Source of the DNA: Kondoa subrosea
Taxonomy: Eukaryota
Assembly: GCA_039545335.1 (NCBI GenBank)
Contig: BCIN01000006.1
Location: 1 to 64,000, forward strand
Reading direction: 5' to 3'
Length of the DNA: 64,000 bases
Positions 11,359-23,632 of this stretch are shown here, one piece after another (the stretch's first letter is position 1; each line of letters starts with the position of its first letter). The notes under the pieces were generated by a model. It saw only the letters and a list, made by a program, of their open reading frames with translations. It made no database searches and was not told the DNA's origin. The position numbers were made by a program, and so were the translations under genes.

Positions 11359-12446
11359 ATGGCTACCAGCTCTAGTTACATCCTTAGAAGGCAATTGACT
11401 GGTGAGTGGCCCTCCTCTTGTCGGAAGCTACGGTCGGGCTCTCTGCTCTCCATGCACAAGTAGCTAATAGATTGCGTTGTCTGATCTCTATAGAGCTCAA
11501 CAAGCGGCCAGTAGATGGATTCAGCGGTGAGCCTTCGACTTTCGCGTTGACAGCGTCCCGTGTATTGAGGCCTGCTTGCATCTTTAGCTGGTCTCGTCGA
11601 CGAAGATGATATCTATGTCTGGGATATCACTCTTTTTGGGTCAGTTCCGTCTTTGTACACAAAACGAAAACACGGGCAATCTGACTCCGCTTGTTCCCTT
11701 TGCGTGCAGTCCTCCAGATTCCCTCTAGTTAGTCCAGACATTCTGCTTGCGTGCTATACTGATGTATATCCCAGTGACGGAGCTTTCCTCAAAGGTCAGT
11801 CACGTCATAAACTCGAATCCCAGTTGAGCTCATCTGCCTATTCCAAGCCATTATGACTTTCCCTAAAGGTGAGGCAAATAGTGCCGCGTTCCGAGATGAT
11901 TCCTTTACTTCTATTCTCATAGACTACCCTCTCAATCCTCCAGAACTCAAGTTTAGAACAACAATGTGGCATCCGAACAGTGCGTTCCCTGTCTTTCTCT
12001 TACAATTGTGTCTTAAACTTCGCGTATAGTTTATGCAGATGGAAGGACTTGTATCTCTATCCTCGTTCGTACCCTTCGCCGATCACCTAAGTCAGATGAG
12101 CTGAAAATCGAGTCGAATAGCACGCTCCTGGTGAAGATCCGATGAACCCTTTCGAGAGTGCTGGCGAACGATGGATGCCTGTGCACACTATCGAATCGAT
12201 TGTTAGTCTTTCTTTTCTCACATACTCTTCTGTCTAGCTACTTTTTCCTCTGTTCGTTAAGGATGCTGATGCTTTGTAATCGCTCTACAGCTTGTTTCAG
12301 TTATTTCTCTCTTATCAGCCGATACGCCCTCTACTGAATCCCCAGCCAACGTAGACGCAGCCAAAGAAGTGAGAGACGACATTGCTGGTTATCGAAAGAA
12401 AGTTCGACGTTTGGCTAGACGATCAGCTGAAGAGGCTTTCGATTGA
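11359..12446 (+). CDS. Ubiquitin-conjugating enzyme E2, Ubc7/UBE2G class, many small exons
   Basis: ILRRQL..ELNKRPVDGFS, DYPLNPPELKF..MWHPN, YADGRTCISIL|HAPGEDPMNPFESAGERW (acidic loop insertion), ESPANVDAAK. Confidence 0.9.
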
Positions 12447-12849
12447 TTCTTTCTGGCCTGCGTTGAGGGAACCCGGTAATTGGTAATGGAACGGTTCGAA
12501 GGCTATGGAATGGAAGAAGCAGCAAGCGAGATGGAAGTCCTACGGCTAATTAATTGCTAGCATGGTGGAGGAAGAGACATGAGGGAGAGAAAGGACTTCA
12601 TCTAGATCAGATTGTTGTCTGGGCAGGATTTGTTTTCGCGCTTTTAGTATTATTCTGTGACCCATTGCACGCTATATCATGGCATTAAACACTCTTTGTT
12701 GTCGACTTGAAGACCTATATGTGTATGGTATATACTGAACATGCTAAGAATAATGTTCTAATCGATATCGACTACCCAAGGTCATGCAGGCTTTATTCAG
12801 TTCTATAGAAACGCGCGTAAGACTTAGAGTGACACGTGGATTGACAGCA

Positions 12850-13741
12850 TTACCTTATCCGCTTGTTGGTGTCCCCGCTGTCCGCGACATAATCGCCCTG
12901 AGTATCATCTTCTGGAGCAACCCGTTTATCCGACGATCCATAAAATTCGTCCCTTGAGACCAAATTGTCCCGTTCGATTGGCACAACAGTTCCATCAGGT
13001 AAAACGACTTTGAAGTTGTTGAGGTCTTTGATGGGAGCGTCGGTGACTTGACACCCCGTGCTTTTGGCTGCAACGATAAGAGCTTGTTTCTGATTCCACA
13101 TGTAGTTCGTATAGCTGCGCCAGTAATCTCTTTGACCTATCAAGTCCACAATAGCATTGTCCATGCGTGAATGGGAAATGTTCCATTGTTGAGCTTGCAA
13201 CGATTCTTTCTCTTCTGCTTGGCTGATTTTAGCTTTGAGCTCTTCAATATAGGTAGCAGCTGCGTTGAGAATGGCTGACTTGTTCTTCTCTGAGTGTGCT
13301 GGTAGAAGAGCAGAGATCTTGTCGATACCGGCATTGATGGTTTCCCTTCTGCGTTTCTCTACGATTTTCTGTGACCGACGATGATCAGCTATGAAAGAAT
13401 GCATCAAGGCCGATGAAACCTACGTGAGACTCTTTCCTAGCTGTATGGACTTCTGCAGGCAGGTCTTCCGGTCTCTTGTTTTTCCTCTTCTTTGGCACTT
13501 TGACTTCTGTAGCTGTTGTAGAAGTAGACTGCCGTTGAGGTGATGAACCATTTAAAGCAGGATCCAGCATATAAGGGCCGTCCTCGTCGTCTTCTGGGTG
13601 TTCATCATCGATTACATACTCGTCCCCTTCGTGATCCTTTGGTGCCGGCCCTGCTGATGATTGTACAGGTAAAGCGAAAGGTAAGGCAGAAGTAGAAGGG
13701 AGCGGGATTCGTGGTTGAGGTGCTTGAAAGACCAAATCCAT
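12850..13741 (-). CDS. bHLH transcription factor, Cbf1-like
   Basis: Spliced basic region RKESH|KIVEKRRRETINAGIDKISALLP...NKSAILNAAATYIEELK, followed by a zipper. Confidence 0.85.
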
Positions 13742-14171
13742 TTTTGCAACAACTTCAAAATGCAGACGCGATGACTGGTCACGGGACGGGGTTTCGCTTC
13801 TTAGAGATAACCAGCGCGCTATCTCAGTTCAACCAAACAAGGCCACTGCTGTAAAGACTGACACGATGGCTCTCATAGGAAGAGAGAAAAGAGGCGCTGA
13901 CTCACTTGAACTGCGGCAGCATCGGTAGATCCGGCCGATCACCTGTAGGCCACAAGGGAGGAGAGCAAGCAGAAGCCTCTGAGAGAGTAGTGACAGTTGA
14001 CTGGGCTTTCCATGATTGGCTTTGAAGTTTCTTTGTTTTCGTGTCAGGCTTCTGCGAGACAAAGGGTTATATCTCTCGTTCGTTTTCCGGTCAAACAGAC
14101 GTCTTCTTCTCTCTTCTCTCTCTCTCTTCTCCTTCTGTCCGACCAGCTCACCAGGAAATGATGCTGATACT

Positions 14172-15126
14172 ATGAACGGACTTTCAAATATAATCTTCTT
14201 TCTCTTTGTTATATATGTTCAAGCGCAAGATCCTCCAGCGGTACCTACTACGTATCTCCTAGCTCAGCCAACAGCATCGTCTTTCCAGATCCTCCCTACG
14301 GGAAACCTCGGAGCGAAGTGCGATTCGGGAGTCAATGATTGTATGGGTAGATTGCACGCTGCTTGCGACATCACAAAGCCGAAAACTTATATGGTACGCT
14401 CTTTATGACTATAGATAGCTATATGTGGAGGTCTGATGCATTCCTTTTCGCCAGGCTTGCGTTTGTACAGCTAGACAAGGTTGATCTTCTCAGATATTGC
14501 ATTCGGAGTTCAGCTAAAGCGAGAGATAGGAGGCGAAAACAAGTGTCTGAGGTATGGCTCATGTCAGCTACCATCTTTGCCAAACTCATAACCTATGTTC
14601 AGTGTACCGATAACCGAAGATTGTCGGAATGATGTAACTGGCAGAACCAACAACTATTGCGAGGCCGCAAGAGTCATGGTGCGCATCGTTCTTGATGAAT
14701 ATAAAAGTCGACAAATGATGCTCTGTGTATAGCAAGAACAAAATCTCGACACTTTCCAGACTGTAACATCTCCACCAGCTCCTGCCGCGGTGACAGTAAG
14801 TGGTAGCGTGACAGCTAAATCGTAAGTCTGCCCTATGTCTGAAGGAATGAGCTGACCAAGGCTGCAGAGGGGAAGAAATCGCCTATACATCAATCACGAA
14901 GACTGGGATAGTCAGTAACAGCGCAAACTCGACCTCTCCTACTTCTTCATTTTCCGCGCCTTCATCATCTGCCTCTGATTCTGCTGACAATGGGATCGTC
15001 GTCAATCCTACTCGAACAGGCAGTGGTTCAAACGGCGGCGATTTGACTCTGAATGATTCGAGCGCTCTCCCTCTTGCGATGTCTGTACTTGGCTTTCTTG
15101 TACCTGTCCTACTTGTAGTGTTGTAG
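14172..15126 (+). CDS. Small secreted Cys-rich, probably GPI-anchored protein
   Basis: Signal peptide MNGLSNIIFFLFVIYVQA, Cys-rich exons (AKCDSGVNDC...ACD, ACVCT, EDCR, NYC), Ser/Thr-rich region and hydrophobic end (LAMSVLGFLVPVLLVVL*). Confidence 0.65.
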
Positions 15127-15361
15127 TATAGCTTAGAGCAAAGATAATTATTCTTGTCTTCCTAGATGACTCTAACTGAGTCTCCCTTTGTCTGTCAACC
15201 ATATCTCGACTTTGATATATCGCGATTCCTCTGGTCTATACCCCTCAGTCGTTTGGCTTGACCTCATATATCCATCTCTCATGATCTAGAACAGTCAAGC
15301 TTGCATACAATCACGACCTCGTAACGAAAAGCATTTAACGAAATCTCTTGCCCTCGACGCC

Positions 15362-15697
15362 ATGTCTGCACGTAGCAATGCTTTAGGTATATTGCAAAGG
15401 AGTACATCTCAGCGAGAGCAGCAACAGCAAGCGAGTGCTGTACCATCAAACCTTTCGGCGCCAACTTTACAACGAACAGCTTCTGAACGAGCTAGACAAT
15501 TGGCTGAAGCGAGATTGGAAGGAACTGCTACTCCTGATCAGGATGGCAGTCAGCGGATGGCCAATATCGCGTGAGCTTCCAGACTGTTACACCTTTATGC
15601 GTTCAGTCATCTGATGATTCCGCTTCTTGTTTGGCCAGATCTACTTTTATACCTGAAGGTGCCCCTCCTAGATTATCTGCCCTGCAAAGGAGACATC

Positions 15698-15728
<31 letters not shown>

Positions 15729-18700
15729 ATCCCAAGCTGGACCAAGTCAACTGAGCAGAACTATGAACACAGACGAATATGATTCAGGCAGCGAACAAAG
15801 TCCATCTTTCTCTATCTTCACTCCTTCTATCATCAACGTACCTCAACCATCCTCATCATCATTGGCTAGAAATCCTTCAGTTGAAAGACAGGCAGCCAGA
15901 TCTAACCTCATCCGCAAGTTATCGAAACGGGATGGTCCAGCAACGCCCACTGCACAGTCAGTCGCAGCAATTAACTCCCAGTCCGAATCGGAAACAGAAG
16001 TCATTTCAGATTTCCATGACTCTTCGCCGACTACACCTATAACCAATTCTTCGAACAACCGGACAACTGCAAAGCCTGCTTCCTCTTCTAGTCAGCAAAC
16101 AGCACAGTACCGATCAGATACTTCTAGTGCTGAACCTTCACCTACATCTACAGCATATACGCGTCCATCTTCCATCGCAACAGATGCACCTTCGGAATTT
16201 CGGCCTTACAGGCATACAATTGAAAGAGATAGGGATTCAGCTTTTGCTCAGTTGATGATGGAAGATCAATTTGAATACGCTTCAATACTCAATGGTAGGA
16301 AACCAAAGCACTTGGAGAGTGATGAAGAGGAGCAAGAAGTTTTGGATACACCTCAAGCCTCAAATTTACCGTCCAGAGGTTCTCCGAGACCTGCTTCGAA
16401 GCAAAGTAACCATAGCGCCAACGGAAACAGGAGTCGATCGTCTTCTTCTGCCTCTGCAAATGGCTTTGGGACGCCTTTGCAGCGTAATTCTTCAAGAGAA
16501 ATGAAACGGAATAAGCTATCGTTGGAGGAAATCAAGCCTTTCCCTGCTCCTAGCGCTTCTTATCAATTCCCTAGTCCGCCTCCAACTGCTCATGGCGATG
16601 ACGGGGAAAATAAGAATGGGAGGTTCTCGAATAGTGCAACAAGATCTGGCAGTGGCCTTGCTGCGCCCCCTTTGCACAGACATGGATCGAGCTCGGGCAT
16701 GTCAGATAATCGATCAAGGTTAGTGATGTGTTGCTGACGATCGATGAACGCTGATGCAGCTCCATACTGGCAGAAGCTCGAATAGCAAGAATCGTGATAC
16801 TGCAACTGATCGATCTGAATCTACTCGCTCTTCTAGTAATGGTTCCCATCAGACAGCAAATGGAGCATCCGGACGAGCATCTCATGCCTCTAATGCATCT
16901 CGATCATTTAAAAGTAGTTCAGGCTTTGAGTCGGAAGGCGAAGCTGGATCAGATCTCTCTGAGGAAGAAAATGATTGGGGTAGGCCTCTTCAACAAAGAC
17001 CTGGAGAGATTTCGACATCGACAGATTCAGCAACACGCAAAGCTATTCTAGCTAAATTCTCTTCTATCGTTGCTACCGCTCAACCCACTTTCAGCAAAAA
17101 CGAACTCGATATCCCTCCTCGAAGGTTGCTTATGCATGCTCCGGTGTTACAAGTTGTCAATGCTAATACAGTCAAAGATCGCTACCTTTTTCTGTTCAAC
17201 GATATTCTTGTCATCGCCAAAAGTATTGTCGAAGAAGATCCTGCCACTGGTCTTATGATTCCTCCATCACTAGAAACACGATTTCTCGTCAAGAGCATAA
17301 TAGAGCTGGATAAATTGAAGCTGACCGCCCAAAAAGAAGATGATCCAAACGCTGAGGATCAATCTCAAAAGAAGAAGCACTCACTTTTACAATCCTTCAT
17401 TGATCGATTCGCGAACGATCCAAAGAAAGCAATTGGCACTCTTGTATCTAAAGGCGGGTTGCAGAACGAGCCAATCACTATCGCCAATCTTCTGTTCCGT
17501 ACGACAGATCTCAATCGCTCCCAGCTTGGTGCTTTCCTCTGTAGAAAAGAAAACAAACATGTTCTCAAGGCTTACGTTGATCGGTTCCGACTGACCGGTC
17601 TGAAAATAGAAGATGCGCTTCGAGTTTTCATCGCATCTTTGCGATTGCCCAACGACCCTACAGCAGCAGAGTACCTGTTAGTCATCTTTGGTTCCGTGTA
17701 TGTTACACTCAATCAGGGAAGCGGTATGGAACAAGCGATGTGTGGCAAGCTAGTCATGGCGATGATGGAGTTGAACGATTACCTGCATTCGGGGATGGAC
17801 GAAGAGACAGGAACAATGGGTAATCTCTTTGGTTTCCCTAACCCAGCAATCACCGTGGACGACTTCATGGGTGCATTCCGTTCCAAAGATCCTAAATTCC
17901 AAGTACCGGATGCTACTTTGACTCGAGTTTATATGTCAATCAAGAGAGAACGAGTGCAGCAAGCTGCAGATAACTCCATAGCGGGAATGGCACCTGAAAT
18001 ACCAGTAACCCTCAATCCAGCTCGATTGCCCTCGCGTCTCACCTATCGCATTCCGTCAGAGGAAATTACCGTATCAATACCTCAAGCGGATCCACGATTT
18101 CAAGTCAAGCTATTGGGCAACGACGCAAAATTTGAGCCCAGTGTCCTCAACTTTGCCAAATCGCGCACACAGACATTCCGCATGATTGGAACAGCTTTGG
18201 GTCACAAGAATGTAGTTCTGCTTCGAGCAGGTAGCCATGCAACTTTTTACACGGGTTTGCCAGTCAACAAGACCTTTATCGTCGAGCGGGTGAGGTGACT
18301 CTGTCTTGGCTCTAGATCACGCTGATCAGATACAGGCTTTCATGCGCTATACTTTTCAATTGGCTTTCGTCAATCACCTAGCTGTCAAACGGAAATATAT
18401 GTTCTCAATGTCGGATCTCGACTTGCGCGATAATTGGCTTTCTTGCCTGCGAGCCGGCGTAGAAAACGCGATAGCTGGTCTGGCAGCTCCGAGCGCGATA
18501 TCAAAGAACCATCGGATCGCAAATGCTGTCGCTCTGCAAGTACTTCGAGATGCTCTCATTGCGCCTGAAGAAATGAATGCTGGTACGGCATTGAGCAGTA
18601 CAAGCTTCACGCCTGCTACGCGTAATGGTCGACATACATCCCCCGCCAATGCTCGCCCCGGTCATGTCCGGTCTAATTCTTTCAGCAAGACATATGCCTT

Positions 18701-18980
18701 TGGCCTGGGCAAAGCGGAAATTGATCTTCTCGGAAGTCATGATCCCTCTCGGCTACATCAAAATAGTGTAGTCGCTGAAAGACGACCATCAGGCCAGACA
18801 GTCAGCTCGGCGATAGCAGCTCGCAAGTCAAGCAAGGACGAAGGCGACGGATTAATGTCTACCTTTTGCAAGTCTGGTCACGATATCGTCATGACAGCAT
18901 GCCAAAACTCTCATTTACCTGCTGTCCTTGGTCTCTTGAACGCTCACGTGGGAGATTCCAAGCATCCCTTAGGTAAATAG
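15362..18980 (+). CDS. Sec7-like domain protein with split PH domain and long disordered N-terminus
   Basis: PH N-half RRLL...DRYLFLFNDILVIAK; Sec7-like FANDPKKAI...LNRSQLGAFL...IEDALRVFIASLRLP...MELNDYLH; PH C-half KRKYMFS...RDNWLSCLR. Confidence 0.8.
15703..15729 (+). repeat. (CAG)8CAA microsatellite encoding polyQ
   Basis: Read directly; in frame as Q9. Confidence 0.9.
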
Positions 18981-19033
18981 TAGATTGTATTCAGCATTGT
19001 AAATTTCTTGTGTACATGTACATTTCAAGTAGA

Positions 19034-21952
19034 TCACCGTTTGCATTTCTGAGTCATTGCTAATGAATGCCGTTCTCGCTGGCACTGATTTTTGAAGTGA
19101 TGAACTTCTCGATTGACGGCCAGCTCGTCTGCAGTACATTTGTAGCTCTTGGTTCGCCAGAATCTTGCACTAGGAGGCAATGAATCAGAGGCGGACGAGG
19201 TCGCGCAGGGAAGAGCCTCACGTTGACCATACCTCTTCAGCCTGGCCATTCGCGCATCTATCAGATCATGTGTTGACGGACAATAGATACGAGAGATCTG
19301 ATGTCTGTCAGCTAACAAGCCTTTTCTGGAGGTTATAGACTGACATCGTAGTACCACTTCCGCAAGCCAGGCTTTGAATTCTCGTCTAGGATCAAAGGTG
19401 GTTTCTGCATCCCGCAGATCATGACAGAAGCTTTCAGTCTTTTTTGTGCTGATTTTGAGTGTTGGTTGATGACGCTTGTAAGAGCAGCACATCCAGAAGA
19501 GAGGCCGATGAAGATGACTGATTTAGCTTGTGACAGTCTGCGAACTGATATCAAATTCTGCTCCCGCTTCCGGACTATGGAACTCACTCGACAAAGTTCT
19601 CCCAAATGTGTAAAGCGAGCTCTTTCTCCTGAATCTCTTCTTTCTCCCGCGTCGCCTGTTACAAAATCTTTCAGTGATTGGCTTGAAAGGCTGTTGCGAA
19701 ACCTCACTTTCGGATCGTACTTTTTAGGCGATTTTGCCAGCACATTTACATCAATCAGGCCATAACCTCGGAAAGTAACCCAATCTACAACTTCCTGCGT
19801 GCTATTGATCTGCGCCATTCCATTGAGATACATCTAATGCTGCCTCAAACAGAACTTACCAGGTAGCTCTTCTCTAGTTCAAGGTTGCAAGTCCGCATAC
19901 CAATCTCAGCTCGAACAATACCCCTAAAGCGGAAGATGAGTACTAAAGACCGTCACGATCTACGAAACTTACATATCGTGCATCAATACAACTAAAGTAT
20001 CGGTGGTGTAAACATTCTCGCTATCATTCATAAAGTAAATCGACAGATAGATCGGCGTTTGAGCTCTCAGACTCACGAGCAAAAGACCTGATCTTCGAAC
20101 AGCTCTTGCAACTTAGCATTGGCGAGTTCAGTGTTTACTAACTCGCATCGGAAGTACAGATAGTATGCGAGATGAGCCTTGAGGATATCTATTTGCTTTG
20201 TAAGTAACGAGGGACCCGAAGAATCCAATGTAAGCTGACCGCTGATTGGTATAACCGAGGTCGATTTGCTTCGGCCTGGATGATCGTCAATAGCTTCGCA
20301 CATGAGGTCGTGGGCGACAGACCTTCGCGATCCTCATTAAGGGTCTCATTGATGGATTTCCAATACTTGCCTTGCTCGATCGCAACCTCGTACATCACTT
20401 GAGTTGCAGATTCAGATGCGGTAAGAGAAGGGAGTTTCGGCGGTTGTTCGCCCAGTAAGACATTGACACAGGCAAGAGCAGAATTGGCGATAGACTCGAG
20501 ATTGTATCCACCCTACATGCCGTGTTTAGTCAAGATTCTGACAGAAACTCCATTACACTACCTCTAGAGCCAATACCAGCTTGCCATTCGCTAGCGAGGC
20601 CAGCATGTGAGTCATATGCGCGTATCCCGCCGGTGTCACGCTGCATTGGCCTAAATCATCGCCTTCTGCCGCATCGTAGCCGGCAGAGACTGATTGCACA
20701 TGTATGAGTAAGAGAAGTGAATTCAAGCTTTCACGAACCGATGATAAAGTCTGGTGCGAACTCGTAAGCGATAGGCATTACTATTTTCTGGAATGCGTAG
20801 AGATAATCTGCATCGTCCATGCCTTGTTGATCCCAAGGTATATTCACGTTGCTGACAATTCTGCATGAGCAAAGATACCGACCACAAACAGCGAAGCAGG
20901 AACTAACAGTCCGCTTCCTTTCCCTTCACCGATCTGATCTGATGCTCCACCAATACCTCCCGGATAGAAAGACCCGTTTTGAAACTGGTGAATAGATATG
21001 TAGAGCACATCGGGATCATTCCAGAAAGCCTTTTGCGTTCCGTTGCCTTTGTCTGAATTAGCTTCCCTCAAAAAAATGTCAAATGAACCAACCGTGATGA
21101 ACATCCCTGGATTAGAAATCAGATGTGTATCACGGACAAGACTGGACCGACTGACCAATCAAGAATTAAGATCTTCTTTATGCCTTTATCTTTATACATG
21201 TGCTTGACCGCCTGGGCAGCGACAGCAACATTGTTGAAAAAGCAGAAACCCATGGATTGCTCTGGTTCAGCATGATGGCCAGGAGGTCGGACGATAGCAA
21301 AAGCATTCTTGACTTGACCTTCTGCTACCGCTCTGCACGTCTCGATGACACCACCGCACGAGAGACGAGCGCAGAGTGCGGTGCTCTTGTTCAAATATAG
21401 CGACAGTCTGTTGTAGTACTCGACGGTTGCGTATAATTGTTCTTCAGGTAAGACTATCATATACTTTAGAGAAGAATGTTTGGATATACATGAGCGACAT
21501 ACACATAGTCTCGTAGACCTTGTTCCAGAGTTCCTCAGAATGAACGAGCATGACTTCACTCTTGACTGCTTCTCGAACTCTGATCTTCTGCATGCGTTGA
21601 ACGCAGCCAGCCTCTGTGAGAGTGTAAGCCAGGAGGTTCGGAGAAGCACAATTACGACATACTGTCGAACGCTTCAAAGATCTTCAGAATGCGCATAGGT
21701 TGCTCAGGATGAGGATCTTCAGGGTTCTCATGAGTTGAGCGATGCATGCACATAGTTGGATCAAAGCAGTAGCCTGAAAGAATATAGCAAAGATTATGGA
21801 TGAACAGAAGAAGGACAGCAAGCACGACGAGAAGCACCTGTTGTAGGGCGCGCAGTCTTAATTGCGGTTACTTGACCACCATTGCGAATAGCATTAGCAG
21901 AGGTTGAGGCCAATGGAGGGACCGAATCGCCTCGAGTGTCTTCGTCCATCAT
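19034..21952 (-). CDS. HDA1: Class II histone deacetylase (Hda1/Clr3-like) with C-terminal Arb2-like region
   Basis: [86 protein letters not shown]. Confidence 0.92.
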
Positions 21953-22313
21953 AACGAGCTACAATTGGGTATACTCAGCTCGGGTATTCAGCTACCTGGA
22001 CATGGTCGAGCCAAAATAAGAAAAATGTCGCTTGTCTTCGAACTTGCATGATGCTGATCGTTTGCATGCAAGAGCTCTTACAAGATGCAGGAAATCTGAC
22101 ACACAACTCCCTGTCCCAGAGGTCGTTGAGCATTTCAGCGAGGCAAGGCCGAAGACGTTGGAATGCACAAACAATAGCCCGTGAATAGAAAGGTGTCTCG
22201 CTCAAAATACCTCTTGTTCTCGTTCTACCATCCAACTTCAAGTCTCTCGTTTCGGTTTTCAACAAGGCCTGGTGCCCCTGTGTTGCTTCAGCAATCGCAT
22301 TCGGTCAACGAGT

Positions 22314-23438
22314 ATGTTCTGCTTCGTGACTATCTGGCTCCTCTTCTCGCTCTGGATCGGGTCAACTCAAGCTTCAAGAGGTCGGCACAGAGGCAGAAGC
22401 TTGAAAAGGAGGACAGTAGGAGAGGATGCAGTGAATGCATGCGAAAAAGTTATAGTGCAGCAGGGCGGCGTTGGGCTATTCGTCTGCTATGGAACGGAAT
22501 ATGTCGACGCTGCAGCTGGTACTGCTGGTACGCGTTTGTTCCAAATGCTGTTTTATTGCATTGACTAAAGTTTCACACGCTAAAGGCGGAAGACTGATCG
22601 TCATCTTCAAGCAAGATAATATCCAACATCCTGATCAAATCGCTTTAGAATTATCCTGGCCCGACGAATCATCAATAGTTTCGCCTAACCTTTCGATCCC
22701 GCTGGTAGCCGTCACTTTTGAACCACTTCTACTGCAAGATTTCTACTTCAATCAGAAAGTCAATGGCTCTTCTATACCCAGTATTTCTGCTTCCGATGCC
22801 GCAACTAAGATCAACATCATACATCTGGCATTGAATCAATCTCAAGCTGCTTTTGGAGTATATGCCCAAAATCCTTCTATCGGTTTTCTTCCCTCCGGAT
22901 TGACTCGACGCAATCGAATACAAGCTCGTGCATCTGAAGTTACAGCTCAGGAAACAGCTCGTGGTAGAAACAGACCAGTGAACGAAACCGAAGTGGTTCA
23001 ACCATCGGTTGATGTCATGACTATTGACACAGCTACGCTCCGTAGACATAGAGAAGCATCATCTATTCTCTTATCCGACGTTCCAGGAGAAAGTCCGGTA
23101 ACTACCACTTCGGCGATGGAAGCTGGACAAGTAGCTTCCAAGACCATCTCACCTACAGCTCTAGCTGAACAAGCAATCGCCACATCTACTGGCTATTCTC
23201 TCGGCAATGGTCATACTGTTCATATGAAGCCTACTGGCTTGATTGTTCTCGGTATCTCATTTGCGCTTGCCTTTCTCGTCTGTCCTCTCTTCTAGCATTA
23301 CGATATCAAGCTAATCTCCCTCTCCAGATTGTTGGCGGATGTACTATCGGACGAGTGATGGACCGCAAAGCCTTCAGAGCAGCCAAGGCGAAGGAAATTG
23401 AGCAGTCTCACATCAATGAAAAGGGGACTATAGCTTGA
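22314..23438 (+). CDS. Uncharacterised type I membrane/secreted protein, paralog of 31984-33364
   Basis: Signal peptide, dibasic sites (KRR), Cys-containing domain, Ser/Thr stalk, C-terminal TM and basic tail. Confidence 0.7.
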
Positions 23439-23632
23439 TGCATTTTAGACCTGGAAGCTGGACTTTGGTATGGACTATAGTAGGCCAGGCTGGTGCTACA
23501 TGTGTCTATAAACTGCTCGACCTACCTGATAGCGAAATTTGTAAAGTTGCATCTATACCTAACTCTATTACATGGGATCTATGTCTTAAGGCCCTCCAAT
23601 TGTATCTACCTAGCCCTTTTGCAATCACAAAC

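Noticed and set aside
12832..12839. CACGTG E-box next to the bHLH gene as autoregulation
   Set aside because: It is a single hexamer lying downstream of the stop codon, so chance is likely.
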